Program-made: the position numbers and the translations under genes
The notes under the pieces: model-generated
Seen by the model: only the letters and a program-made list of their open reading frames with translations
The model's database searches: none
Told to the model about the DNA's origin: nothing
From: Callorhinchus milii
Lineage: Eukaryota
Direction of reading: 5' to 3'
DNA: 64,000 nt
NCBI RefSeq assembly: GCF_018977255.1
Contig: NW_024704742.1
Coordinates: 101,806,001 to 101,870,000 of the forward strand
In this document: positions 39,116 to 50,636 of the stretch, in pieces
Layout: each line of letters begins with the position of its first letter
Numbering within the stretch: position 1 is the stretch's first letter

Positions 39116-39743
39116 AGTAGCGCTCCACGGGCATTTGGTGTTCTAGAATACCTTGCTTAAATGGCCATTATGTATTTGCGAGCTTTAACAGTAAAACAGC
39201 TGGGCACTGCAGCAAGTCAAGTGGCATCCAACTTCCAGAGGTGTTCAACTTCCAGCAAGATACCAATCAATAGCAAATAATGTTTAGGGAAGCTTGGCCA
39301 ATTTTCTCAGGCTGAAGCCAATTACAACACCCTCAAATTCTGTCCACTTAAGAACAGACTGGCATTTGAACTTGCAGTTTTCTGGTCTGCATGGTTTTGT
39401 GCTCCACTACACCTTTGTCCACCTAAGCCGTGGGAAGCGGAGGGGAAAAAGTAGAACAATTTTGAAAGGATATGAAAGTATCATATCCACAATTGTGCTT
39501 TATTAAAACTAAAATGTCAAAAAAAAAAGCCAGGCTAACATTATATTTTATTGAAGTCCTGGTGACAACACAAACTGGGATTTAGATCATTTACATTCGC
39601 AAGTGTCAGAAATCAGTGAATCAAATAGAATCAAATAGGATGTGAATACTGGATACCTCAGTTTTGCAGTTATTGATGGAATGAATGATTAACACAAAAA
39701 TCTTTCAGATAGTTACATTAGAGTTGGATAATAAATTACTTAC

Positions 39744-39833
39744 AAGCTCAGTGATGGCATTTAGCTCTATAATACAGCCCGGTCTTGCTGTCGACTGCTG
39801 GCTAACGATGTTGAAAACCTCTCCAACAAACCT
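39744..39833 (-). CDS. DMXL1: DMXL1 exon ~14 (RFVGEVFNIVSQQSTARPGCIIELNAITEL)
   Basis: ctgcag|AGG...CTT|gtaagt; 90 nt, phase 0-0. Confidence 0.92.
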
Positions 39834-40946
39834 CTGCAGTGAAATATTAAAAAGGATGAATTGCTGTTCAAATATATTACACTAAAACTTGCACTGATGC
39901 TCCAAACTGAAAGGAAACTAAATACAAGCAATATTTGGAATTAGGTTCACAGAGATAATTCTGCCAGCTGTCAAGTATTTACTAGATTTACATCATGCAC
40001 AAATTACCATAAACTGGTGGTGTGAGATGATCGGCATCTTAATAGCAAACATCAGTAACAGACTTCTGCAGGAATCTTAGTCTACTGTCTAGAATTTGTT
40101 TCTCCCTCTAATTTTCTTCCGGTCTCTGAAAGATAGACTCTTGGGGCATTATTCCAACTGTTTCGTAATCCTGGTTTCCATGATACTGCGAGTATCAAAT
40201 CACATTTGAGCACTTTCTAGCATGGATTAAGAGAGTAGAACCTCTCTTAATTATTAACTTTCAAAGCATTGCTAAATGCTGCAATTTATAATTTGGCCAA
40301 GACCCAGCACAAAGAATTGTAAAAACATTAATGGCCATAGAACAAATATACCAAAATTGTCTCACAATTAAAACAACAATTCACAAGATTAGTTAAAGTC
40401 AATTGCTTTAAGAATACCTGAACATCTCTGCTCTCACTCTTTCTTTGATCCCTCAAGCTCTTGAGACATAATTACAGAACAACTCCCTGTCAGATATATA
40501 TGATAAATAGTACATTTTAATATTCTTCCTTTATAAATGTGTCTGAGATCAGGATGAGTTCAGATGTGTTGCTTTCAGGGAAAGAATGACTTCACGAATT
40601 GCTGAAGGCGTAAAACACCCAGCAGATATCGTAGCATTCAGTGATATTTTTTAAAAAAACTATGAAAATTCTTGATATTTAACTGCAAATCATATCATGA
40701 TAAATTTGCAATAAAGATATCATAAATCATTTGTACTTCAGTGCAAATAATGTGCATCAATGGGAGTGTATAAGTGATTTCTAGGAACAGACCAACTGAT
40801 GTTAGCACACGCATAGTAAGCCAAATAATGAACCCATCAAATATAAACAAAAGTATTGCAATGCTTTAATCTAGAATTACCAGAATTAGCAATTGCATTA
40901 GTGTGCTTGTAAATCACATGATTAATGTACAACAGTGCAACTAATT

Positions 40947-41460
40947 TACAACAACAAAATTACATTTGTAAAGTGGCTTTCATGTTGGGAGGATGTCCCA
41001 AGACACTGAACAGTTAGGGATCCAGACCCAGGCGTGGGAACAAGGTTGGGATGAGGAAGAGGTGGTAGGAGGGCGGCTGAAGGCACGGACAAAAAGGAGG
41101 GTCTTGAGTCGTGCTTTGAAGAAGACAAGAGAGGGAGCAAGGCGACGGGATTGTGGGATGGAGTTCCAGAGGGTGGGGGCAGAGAGGCTGAAAGCCCAGC
41201 CACTGATGGTAGGGTGGGAGACCTGGAGCAGACCTGAGCCTGCTGAGCGGAGGGAGAGCACAGGTTGATACGGGGTCATCAGGTCAGAGATGTAGGAGGC
41301 AGCAAGGCCGTGGAGGGCCTTGAAAGTGAGGACGAGGATTTTGAATTCTATCCTCTGAGGGATGGGGAGCCAGGCGAGTATGGGGGTGATGGGGTCACGG
41401 AACCTGGTGCAGGAGAGGACACGAGCTGCAGAGTTCTGGATGATCTACAGCTTGTGGAGG
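40947..41460 (-). mobile_element. L2 3' fragment
   Basis: LQIIQNSAAR...PTLWNSIP motifs and tail. Confidence 0.9.
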
Positions 41461-41573
41461 AAATAATTTATTTCTGCATTCAGCCTGAGTGCAAGGAAAA
41501 TAAGATATATATACTAAATATCAAAATGAATAGTTATTCAAGCAATGTTAAAAATAATTAAGATTTTACTTAC

Positions 41574-41695
41574 AGAAATTTCTGGATTAGAAAGCTCACT
41601 TAAAAGTTTTTTAGCATCAATAACAGATTGGTATAATCGTAAATAACGGCCATCACTTGCCACAAAGCAAGCACTTGGAGAGTTGCAGTATGCAC
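41574..41695 (-). CDS. DMXL1: DMXL1 exon ~13 (GAYCNSPSACFVASDGRYLRLYQSVIDAKKLLSELSNPEIS)
   Basis: ttttag|GT...TCT|gtaagt; 122 nt, phase 1-0. Confidence 0.93.
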
Positions 41696-41884
41696 CTAAA
41701 AACAACAAATATTTTGTCACAACATGCAGCTGGGCACTTATACTTTCTGGAAATTTATTCTTCAATGCAACAAACATATAGTTCTACATTAGTTTTTATT
41801 ATTCCTATGTGTACATCGACCTGCATGATCAAATGGTCTAAAAATGAGTGACAATGGGTTTCAGCAAATGGAATCATTTTAACA

Positions 41885-42510
41885 TTTTTGGGGTCAGCTG
41901 GGTGTTTGATATAACAATAACAAATTGCAAGAGGGGGTGGAGGTGGGAAGATGACTGAAGGCACATTTGAAGAAGAAAGTCTTGAGGCAGAAATGCATCA
42001 TAATAATAATTCTTGCATTTGATATAGCGCCTTATCACATCAGTAATATGTCTCAAAGCATTTCACAGGATACACTGTAAATAATGCTTAAGAGCATCCA
42101 AACCAGGCTAAGAGTTCCACATTGGCATGCCACTTACATATGTCTGAATTCCACGTCTGAAATGGAATGCACATTCTCTTCCTGGGGAGTTGCTTCCTGC
42201 TTAACTAATTCTGGAAGCAATTGGACACAGTTTGGAAACCCCAGATGTGCATTGGGGGTATGACTGGAATTTAATCAGCTAAAACCACATATCTTGACAT
42301 TGTCTGGAAAGGTTCCTGCTACTTGTCCATCTAGGACCATTACCCCATTAGGGCTTTGGCTTTCAGGATAACAGGAGTTGAGTGTGGAAAATCCCTTCCT
42401 CCAGTCTTGCCAATAAATCAGGCTGGCTGGACTGTCAGCAACAGTATCTTGGAGTTCTGCTGTTCCAGTTGAGATCAGCTATCTCAGGACACACTGGAAA
42501 CATGTTTAAC
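41885..42510 (-). repeat. Unclassified interspersed repeat (other copies at 34581-34612 joined to 36890-37260, and about 54330-54720)
   Basis: Shared colinear blocks ggtcagctgggtgt, cagaaa..catca, tgcttaagag.atccaaaccagg, agctaaaaccacata, ctaggaccat, ctggctgg. Confidence 0.65.
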
Positions 42511-42607
42511 CTGGAGCTACACTGGCTGGAACCTTCACCAATTGAGAAAACGAGAAGCGACTTTTCAAGACCCGCAAAGCAATACGAATTGTGTAAGAAA
42601 CTCTTAC

Positions 42608-43301
42608 CAAGGCAGTAACTTGGGATGAGGGTAGGCAGCCAAGCCACATTTGAAAATGCTGAAATGTGAAGAGAATTGATTCGGGCAAGCTCAGATACTC
42701 CTCCAGAGTACGACAATGGCCCCACTGGATCAACTCTCCACAGAATTAGTTCACTGTATATAGAACTAGAATCCTGGAATGTAGTCAATGTATTGCTCTG
42801 TCTCTGGTATCTCGACTGTGAACCACTGAGCCTTAGGCAGTCAAAACTCCTGTTCTCGTGCAGACTCTCACCATCCGGTGTTCGCAGTGCATTGTGATAC
42901 GACGTTGTCAGGAGCAATGGCAGAACTGAATGACAAGCTAAATCATTGAGGTGAAAGCGATGACCACAGTATCGCGATTTGTGAGACACACTGAGAACAG
43001 TTGAAAATGCAGACTCCTCTGCAAAGCTGACAGTCCACTGGTTCAAGGACCCATCTGCATGCTTTGAGATCATAAGCACACTGGGTGTGAAAATGCTCAG
43101 TTTTAGACTACCAGATGATTTATTCTGGCCAGCAGAGATTAGCATGCCAGATGTAGAGTGGCTCAATCCAGCAGGCTTCTGTTTCCCTTGTTCGATAGCG
43201 AGGTCTACATTTTTGGTGCAGGCATACATCACTACACTCTTGCTGAGAGAGTTTGCATCACCAGTTGGGAATGCAACAGGAATTCTAGAGGCGAACGAAA
43301 C
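42608..43301 (-). CDS. DMXL1: DMXL1 exon ~12 (VSFASRIPVAFPTGDA...RYCGHRFHLNDLACHSVLPLLLT...LIPSYCL)
   Basis: ttctag|GTT...TTG|gtaaga; 694 nt, phase 0-1. Confidence 0.94.
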
Positions 43302-44432
43302 CTAGAAAACACAATAGTGCAGATTTAAAACTATTCAACATCTCTACTTTTTTGCTGAATTTAAGGTACGGTTTATATCATTGATGGTTAAGTTCATCAC
43401 CATTGAACAAACAAGCTGCACTACATCTGTCAAATCTTTACAATTCACCCTAATGGAAGGAATGCAATGAAGTCCAAGTTTCAGTGACAAGATGGCATAA
43501 AACTGGTTTTGTTTTAATGGGTAAAGTAGGCACAGTATTTTTAGGTTTGTCACACTCTTCTATTTTATACACTCAATTGCCTTATCGCCTACAAGGCAAC
43601 ACAAATGATGGCACTCAGAAATCATGTGCAGCTCATAAAAAATAGTTAAGGGAGTGACAACGAAAACTCAGAGGACAATCTTGAGCTTTGAGTTGTGGGT
43701 CCCTGAGAAAGAAGACTACTTACATGGATTGGATCCAGATCTCCCAGTTTATGACATGATTATTTTTAATACCAAACCTCCAATTTAGCTATTAGGCTAC
43801 AGTATACAGTGTGAGATCCTGACAGCCTAAAGATTATATAAAAGGATTTAATTTGAGCCTTAAATTCCTCAAATTCCAGTAAAGGGATATTTTTAATTAA
43901 AAGGAGTAAAGAAGACTCGGTCTAAAATGCAGTCAAATTTCATTATTGAAATGATCTATAAATAATTAGGGCTCACAAATATTATGGACTGCTTAGCTCG
44001 GAAATGGCGTTTGCTGATTGATGAGGTCGACTCATATTCCTTTTGTAATCATCTTGCACTCAGACAGTAAAAAGATTAAAATGTTTTAATCAAATGACAG
44101 ATTAAGTATTCATTTAGAGAAATGGAAATTGAACTCGAAGCAGAAACACAAAATAAACACAAAAAGATTAAAATAATGGTGGGTCAAGATATTTGGAACA
44201 ATGAAAAAATGTAAATTTCAACACTCCACAGAAGAATTTTTTTTCTTGCAAATAAAGTATTTGGTTCATTAGAATATTGCCACTGAACCAAAAGAGAATG
44301 GATCACTTTGGACGCTGTGATTTCTTTCATGTTATAATGGTGCAAATGTATTGCGCACATCTTTATTAATGGGTTAATTAAGAAGAAACTGGTAATTCAA
44401 TCATGCACAAGTATAATAAATTGTTGTTTTAC

Positions 44433-44689
44433 CTGCACCTGTCGAAACATCCCAGGTTGGTATTCATCCAGCCAGTCCACATGCCACACTAATAAAGAAC
44501 CATCCACGGGATGAATACTGAAAAGCATGTCTGCATTCTTATTCCATTCTGCGAGCAGCAATTCAATCTTATGATCAATCATGGCGGCTGGGAGAGGTGT
44601 AAGGCCTGACAAAGTCTTTTCTCCAGTATTTTTCTCTGAAGGTACAGGCCTCATAAATCCTTTAGGAGGCTCATTATTTTCATCATTTT
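44433..44689 (-). CDS. DMXL1: DMXL1 exon ~11 (...DMLFSIHPVDGSLLVWHVDWLDEYQPGMFRQVQ)
   Basis: ccatag|AA...CAG|gtaaaa; 257 nt, phase 1-0. Confidence 0.92.
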
Positions 44690-45149
44690 CTATGGAAAAG
44701 AAATAACGAGTTAACACAAATTCTACCTAAAAGCATTCTTGAAACTTAAGTAATATATATTTATACATCCCATTGTACATTGAGTTTTAATGCACAGAAG
44801 GCAAATTATTATGGAAAGCTAAGATCTGCTTTTGATTTTTAAAATAAATGGATGAGTTTCCCAACGCTTAAAATTTGAGATATTCTCAACAAACTTTGAG
44901 GGAGTACTAAGGAAAGGTAGCACTACCTCAATAACCATAAACCAGCTTGAGGAGACGACATACAATAATTAAGTTCCAGTTGTAAAGCTGCTATACATAT
45001 TTTAATTTTATAATAATTGTATATTTAAAAGGGATATTGATTGTTATTCTGGAAAATTCATTCAAGACCTTTACATTGTGACTATTCAATTTGTGACTGT
45101 TTGTGGGATATTGAGCTGTGCAACAATTTGCCCACAAAACAGTCATTCT

Positions 45150-45500
45150 GGAGTCCTCTAGCTCAGTGGTTTGAGCACTCGCCTCGCAAACGAGACAAGA
45201 GTTCGATTCCCGGCAGGGTGAAATATCCACACACCTCTGTTTACCTAGCAGTAAGTAGGAACCCAGTTGTTAGTTGATTGGCGGACCGCTTTTCCGGGGG
45301 TAATAATTCCTTCAAAAATAATAATAATTTGGTCACTCAATCCACGACTGTTTGTGGGACACTGCTGTGTGTAATTGGCTGCTGCATTGCGCCCACAAGA
45401 TATATTGTCAATTCACTTTACAGTATATTCTGTGAAGCGCTCTGAGACGTTTCAAAGACGTGATAAGGCAATATATCAAATGCAAGTTATTATTATTATA
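45150..45500 (+). mobile_element. tRNA-derived SINE, long variant, flanked by fragments of related copies
   Basis: A box tagctcagtgg, B box gttcgattcc; shares the 3' half and tail with the short variant. Confidence 0.85.
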
Positions 45501-46084
45501 CTTTAATGTATATCCTGTGAAACCCTTTGGGAAGTCCTCCTGCCGTGAAAGACGCGTACAAAATATAAAGATTATTATTGTTAATTCCTAGGTAGGAGAT
45601 TTTAGGTAAAAGTACTGCCTGATGCAGCACTAGGCCCCACAGACCCAAAACATGTAAAATCTATTCAGAATTCAGAATTCAGATTTGTTTTTTATTAGCT
45701 GACATTTAAAATTGTAAAAACAAAGTTGAAAGTGTTAGTTTGCGGAAAGCAGCACAGTACACAATACCTGTAACCTATAACTCAAGAACACTTGCTGCTG
45801 TTTCAATTGGACCTTAAATCAGATCCAAATTTTTGTTCCATATGTGGATTCTAAAAATACCAAAATTGATCTTAATAATGAGATTTACATTGTAAGATAA
45901 AAACTACAGGTTGTTTATTGTAGTTCGTTGTTGAAATGCAAATAGGGCTGAGTGTACACACTTCTTTCTGAGCACTGTGGTTAAATGCATCATTTAGTGT
46001 AAAGAAAAATCTAAAAACATGAGGAAGGAGCAGGGGAATGGGATTAAATAAATCAATCTTTCAAAGAGCAAATAAAGGCATGAT

Positions 46085-46215
46085 TCGCCCCCCACTTCTC
46101 TCCATCCTCCCTAATCCCAACCCCCAGTTCGGATCCGAAATTCTGACTGTCCAGCGCCTTGGGACGTCCTCCGTGAAAGGCGCTATAAAATGTAATTTTG
46201 TTGTTGTTGTTGTTG
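46085..46215 (+). mobile_element. L2 tail fragment
   Basis: cagcgccttgggacgtcctc...gtgaaaggcgctata followed by (ttg)n. Confidence 0.8.
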
Positions 46216-46224
46216 TAGTAGTAC

Positions 46225-46580
46225 AGAATTTTAAATCTCAGCGAGGTCCCAGGTTGATTTCTTGGTCTGAGTTAGCAAACCTCAGCGGGGTGATAGTGAG
46301 GGGGTGCAACAATTGGTTTGCAGGTGTGCATATTTGTGCACAGCAGAGAGAGGATTCCTGCTCTTGAGTGTGCAATTTAGTGACTTTTGCTGGAAGTGCA
46401 TTGTGTACATTATGGAGATTGGGTAAGGATGAGTTTGACTCGACTAATGCTTCAACAATCTAAAAGCTGCTGATGCTCATTGCCCAGCTTGACGCATGAA
46501 GGAAAGTTAGTTTGCAAAGGTACAAGAGGGCTGCCAGTGCATAATCCAACACAAGTTACTGGCCATATAGAGGAGGGTTA
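46225..46580 (+). mobile_element. Ancient SINE resembling AmnSINE2 (related copies at about 17690-17900 plus and 39120-39430 minus)
   Basis: aggtcccaggttg...ctgagttagc...ctcagc...acaattgg...cctgctc...gctggaagtg is shared among the three loci; family name is from recall, not a search. Confidence 0.5.
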
Positions 46581-47481
46581 AGAGTAGAAACCAGAGATAA
46601 AAAGATTCAAAAACAGCCTATATTATTTGGTAATGTATTTAATTATAAAAATGGATTAAAGTAATTAACATATATCTGACAAGTACATAACATCAATTCA
46701 TCACAACTGCTTCGATCTCATCACAACACTGTATTGATTTGCCAGTGGTGCTAGAAGTTAGTTTAAGAGACAGTACAATGATCTCCCAGATTGTATTAAA
46801 ATTAACGAACATGGGTATAAAAAAAAGTCCATTGGCATCTCTAAAAGATTTAGACAAAGGAATAACCATGATAGTGTTGAATATAACATAATTTCTAAAG
46901 TGTTGCTGTGTATTTATATGAAGGCTTGAATGCCAATTAGTTGAGTACATTGTAAATCTTAAACGCAACTTTCAGATTACATTATTGAACTTGTTAAGAA
47001 ATTCACACTTGTCTGGTTCTACTAGTCATGATATATTTGGAGTGTAATGACGGATATTCATTTGAATGGAATGGTAGTGAGGAAGATTTTCCAACCCAAA
47101 ACACATCATCTGAGCAGGTCTTGGCAGGACAGTCAGTCAATCTACAAAATGGGTTATCATCTGGACCAATAGAAAGTGCCGGCTTATTTCCAAAAACTTG
47201 CGGGGCAATGTGCAAATCCCTGGAAAATTGACGGGCGTTTTTGATAAATTTTGCAGAAAATGGCAGGGAGTTAATTGGTACTATTGAGGTACATATTTAA
47301 TGCCAACCTACATTTTTTCACTTTATTGATAAAAACTAAACATGAGGAAATAACACATATTAGATTGTTACAAAAAAAAATTAATTGCTTCTTCAACAAA
47401 AACTGGGTGGCCTTTTTTTTTGGGTGTGGGTTGGAAAGGCGTGGACCAGCGAGGCTACAGGAGCTCTCAGGGCCCAGCACC

Positions 47482-47748
47482 GCACACAGATCCAGAGAGA
47501 AAGAAGCGCGCGCACACACACACACACACACAGAGGGAGAGACACACTTGCAGACACACAGAGAGACACACACTCACAAACACATGGAGAGACACACACA
47601 GACACACCCATAAATATACAGAGGAGAGGGAGAAATAGACATACACACAGACACTCATAAACAGAGAGAGACACTCACACACACACTCACAAATGCATAG
47701 AGACATATACACAGACAATCACACACACACTCACTCACACTCACACAA
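47482..47748. repeat. Cryptic (CA)n/(GA)n simple repeat tract
   Basis: Read directly; explains the low-complexity ORFs called here. Confidence 0.93.
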
Positions 47749-48044
47749 TTACAAGCATGAGGCTTCCGAGTGAAGCTCATTTGCCTCTTGCGCTGCACCA
47801 CTCATGTGCGTTCGGAGACGTTCCACCCACAGTGACATCAGGTAAAGAGCTGGGAGGCCCGCGGGCCACAAACTACATTTATAGCGAGTTTGTAGCGGAG
47901 GAGGGCGCCTGTGTTGGATTCCACGGAAAAAGTACTGACGCACTTTTCTATCGGCCCAAGTTATCATCCAATATAAATCATTCCAATACACCTCTAAAAA
48001 TTCCATACATAATTCATGTTCTTTAAGTGAAATGAATGCTATAC

Positions 48045-48257
48045 CTTCATCAGATTTGTTCTCCACTTGTCCAAAGTCCTCCGTCCCAGACTCTGGGGAT
48101 TGTTGCTCCAAGCTTCTACGAAGCTGTTGTAAAAATACTTCCATGGACAGTGAGAAATGCAGCTCTTTGTTGTTCAACCAATGAACTACAAATGGTCCAT
48201 TAGTTTCTTCATTCTCGCCTAAACTCAACGAAGTGATGGAGGGCAGCAGTGGAATGT
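48045..48257 (-). CDS. DMXL1: DMXL1 exon ~10 (DIPLLPSITSLS...FVVHWLNNKELHF...KSDE)
   Basis: gtgcag|AC...AAG|gtatag; 213 nt, phase 1-1. Confidence 0.92.
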
Positions 48258-48552
48258 CTGCACAATAGGGGAATTTAACAAGTTCAAAGGTTGAGTATCA
48301 ATGCAATGAGTAATATTAATAAGCCATCTCCATTTTACCATTTAATTTTCACTTTTTCCTCTCTGACGACTCTCTGCAGAACAAGGCAAGGATAACCTCG
48401 TTCCAGGTTTCTGTCATTCCTAAAATTATTGGCTCCACTATTTTTAAACGGTTAACATCCAGAACTGAAGAATGTTTGGGATGCTGAACTGAAATTATAG
48501 TACGTGCACTGCTGTATTTAAATAACATCTTAGATCATGAATCATTCCCTAC

Positions 48553-48718
48553 CTGTTGCTGGATTGATACTAGCCGCTATGTGAAAATGACACAGTGAAT
48601 TTGCATGCACAGGTGCATTTCTATGAACTTCATGTGCATCTTGCTGGTGGGGTAAATACCCAGAATTTGCAACATGCCCAGATCTTCTTCTTCCTCTTCG
48701 AAGTTGTTTGATGTTCAA
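48553..48718 (-). CDS. DMXL1: DMXL1 exon ~9 (LNIKQLRRGRRRS...LCHFHIAASINPAT)
   Basis: ttatag|TTG...CAG|gtaggg; 166 nt, phase 0-1. Confidence 0.92.
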
Positions 48719-48867
48719 CTATAAAAGCAGAGAAGCTGAAAGTTACAAAGAAATAAATGTGCACTATACATTTTAAACAGCTGATAACAAGCGATCAATG
48801 TGTTCCACATTTTTTTGGCAGAGGAGAAAACATTTACGATTAAAGGCAAATGCTCTTCCTTGCATAC

Positions 48868-49054
48868 GATTGCAATTTGTACCTTATCCCGACTGGGAAC
48901 ATTTCTCGTGAGGTTGTTGGTTAAAATGATTGATTCAGAGCACTGAGTGTGGCCTTCTCCAGACAGCAAACTGTCACCCGGAAGTATAGTCTCCGCCCAA
49001 ATCCGACAAACATTGTCCTTGCAGCAGGTCAACAAAACATCGCAGTTAGAACCT
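48868..49054 (-). CDS. DMXL1: DMXL1 exon ~8 (GSNCDVLLTCCKDNVCRIWAET...DKVQIAI)
   Basis: atgcag|AG...ATC|gtatgc; 187 nt, phase 2-0; an alternative in-frame donor would end the exon at 48883. Confidence 0.85.
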
Positions 49055-49554
49055 CTGCATTGGAAGAGAATACACATCTGAATTAATTGACTAATGATGA
49101 GCATTTCACTGAAGATTTAATCAATGCATTTGTAACTAAAATACTCTAAAACTCAGTAATCTTAATAATCAGTAATGTTTATATGATCTCCTAGATGCAG
49201 ATGTAACAGTCACTTTTTCATTCCTAACAGATTTGAAAGATAATTGCATTTTTTGCTTTAGTAAAATCCATTTCTACTTTAGTTGTGCGCTGCCACATTT
49301 TGCCCACAATATATACAGTCAATTCACTTTACTGTACTATTCTGTGAAGTGCTTTGAGACGTCTCAAAGATGTGATAAGGCACTATATCAAAATGCAAGG
49401 ATATAAATGCAAGCATTTACTTAAAACCAAACTAAATTTTGCTCAAGATGTTATAGGTTAAAATTCATTGGTTGTGCTTGAGAGAACATATTCAATAATG
49501 AAAGTTTTTAATGCAAGAACTTTAGAAAACTGTAGGTGCTGCTTTCTGGAATCA

Positions 49555-49720
49555 AACAGGCAGGTGCATCAAACATGAGGACCTTAGTTTAACTTCATCT
49601 AAGTTAGCACCTCTGATACGCAGCGCTCCCAGAGTTTTACATTGAAGCAACATTGTACACAATGAGCTCAAGTCCTGACACAGGAAGGCTCGAACCCGTA
49701 ACACTTTAACCCGGAGACAA
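49555..49720 (-). mobile_element. Deu-domain SINE fragment
   Basis: gtttaacttcatct...agcacctctga...gctcaagtcct...ctcgaaccc. Confidence 0.6.
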
Positions 49721-49898
49721 CGATAAAGAAGGAAAAAAAGTTGGGCGCATTAAATAAATTTCATGGAAAGATAATATTTCAAAGCAGTTAAATCAGGGGA
49801 AAGGGTGCATGGAGAGATGTACATGCTCTGCTAATGTGTTGCTAAGTCTTGGAACCAGCACCTGCAGCAGACTCATTTTTTCTAGGAATTTTGCTAAC

Positions 49899-50074
49899 CT
49901 TGGCATATACTTGCTGGTCTTCCGCCAGGAAATACCTGTCACAGCTCGAGGATGGGCTAAGTACACGAATGAAAAATCTATGTCTCCTTCCCGTTTGTCC
50001 ACTGGAATGAAAGGCGTCATCATAGCTGACTGCCAGCTACTGGTATTGTACCACACCTTCACAAGACAATCATC
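49899..50074 (-). CDS. DMXL1: DMXL1 exon ~7 (DDCLVKVWYN...LAHPRAVTGISWRKTSKYMP)
   Basis: tctcag|GAT...AAG|gttagc; 176 nt, phase 0-2. Confidence 0.92.
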
Positions 50075-50636
50075 CTGAGAAGAAAAGAATCACGATGACT
50101 GTCAAAAACAGCTTTCAATGGTGGTTATAAAATATACACCTCTTTTCTTCGGTGTTTTTTCTCAGAACAGCTGATTGCTCATTTGTCACCATTTTGAATT
50201 TACTACCTGCATTTAAACATTTAAATGTACTCAAACATTTAGTTAACATACGATGAAAGTTAACCTTTTTAATTAAAGGCTATTTTGTTTTGAATGGGTC
50301 CATTACTACAAAATATATTTTTTGGATATTTTTCAAACTCCTGCTGAATTGCAGAAAAATAGATAATACTTCTAGGTGAACAACTCTGGAGTTGAACACT
50401 GTAATAAGAGATTCATAAAATGTCAGGATACTTCTTTGATCATATGCATACTGGAAAACTGGATCTCCCAGTATCAAAGCAGAATTCTTGTGCTGTTCAC
50501 TTTTTTTAGTCACACAATGTCATAGGTAAATTTGAGGGAGTTGGCCATAAACAGCATTGTACATTCATGCGCGGTGAAATTCCCGATGACAGAATACAAT
50601 CATAATGCCACATTACAGAATCATTCACAATTAAAT

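Noticed and set aside
47271..47718. Cluster of overlapping ORFs rich in C/V/H/T
   Set aside because: Artefacts of the dinucleotide repeat tract.
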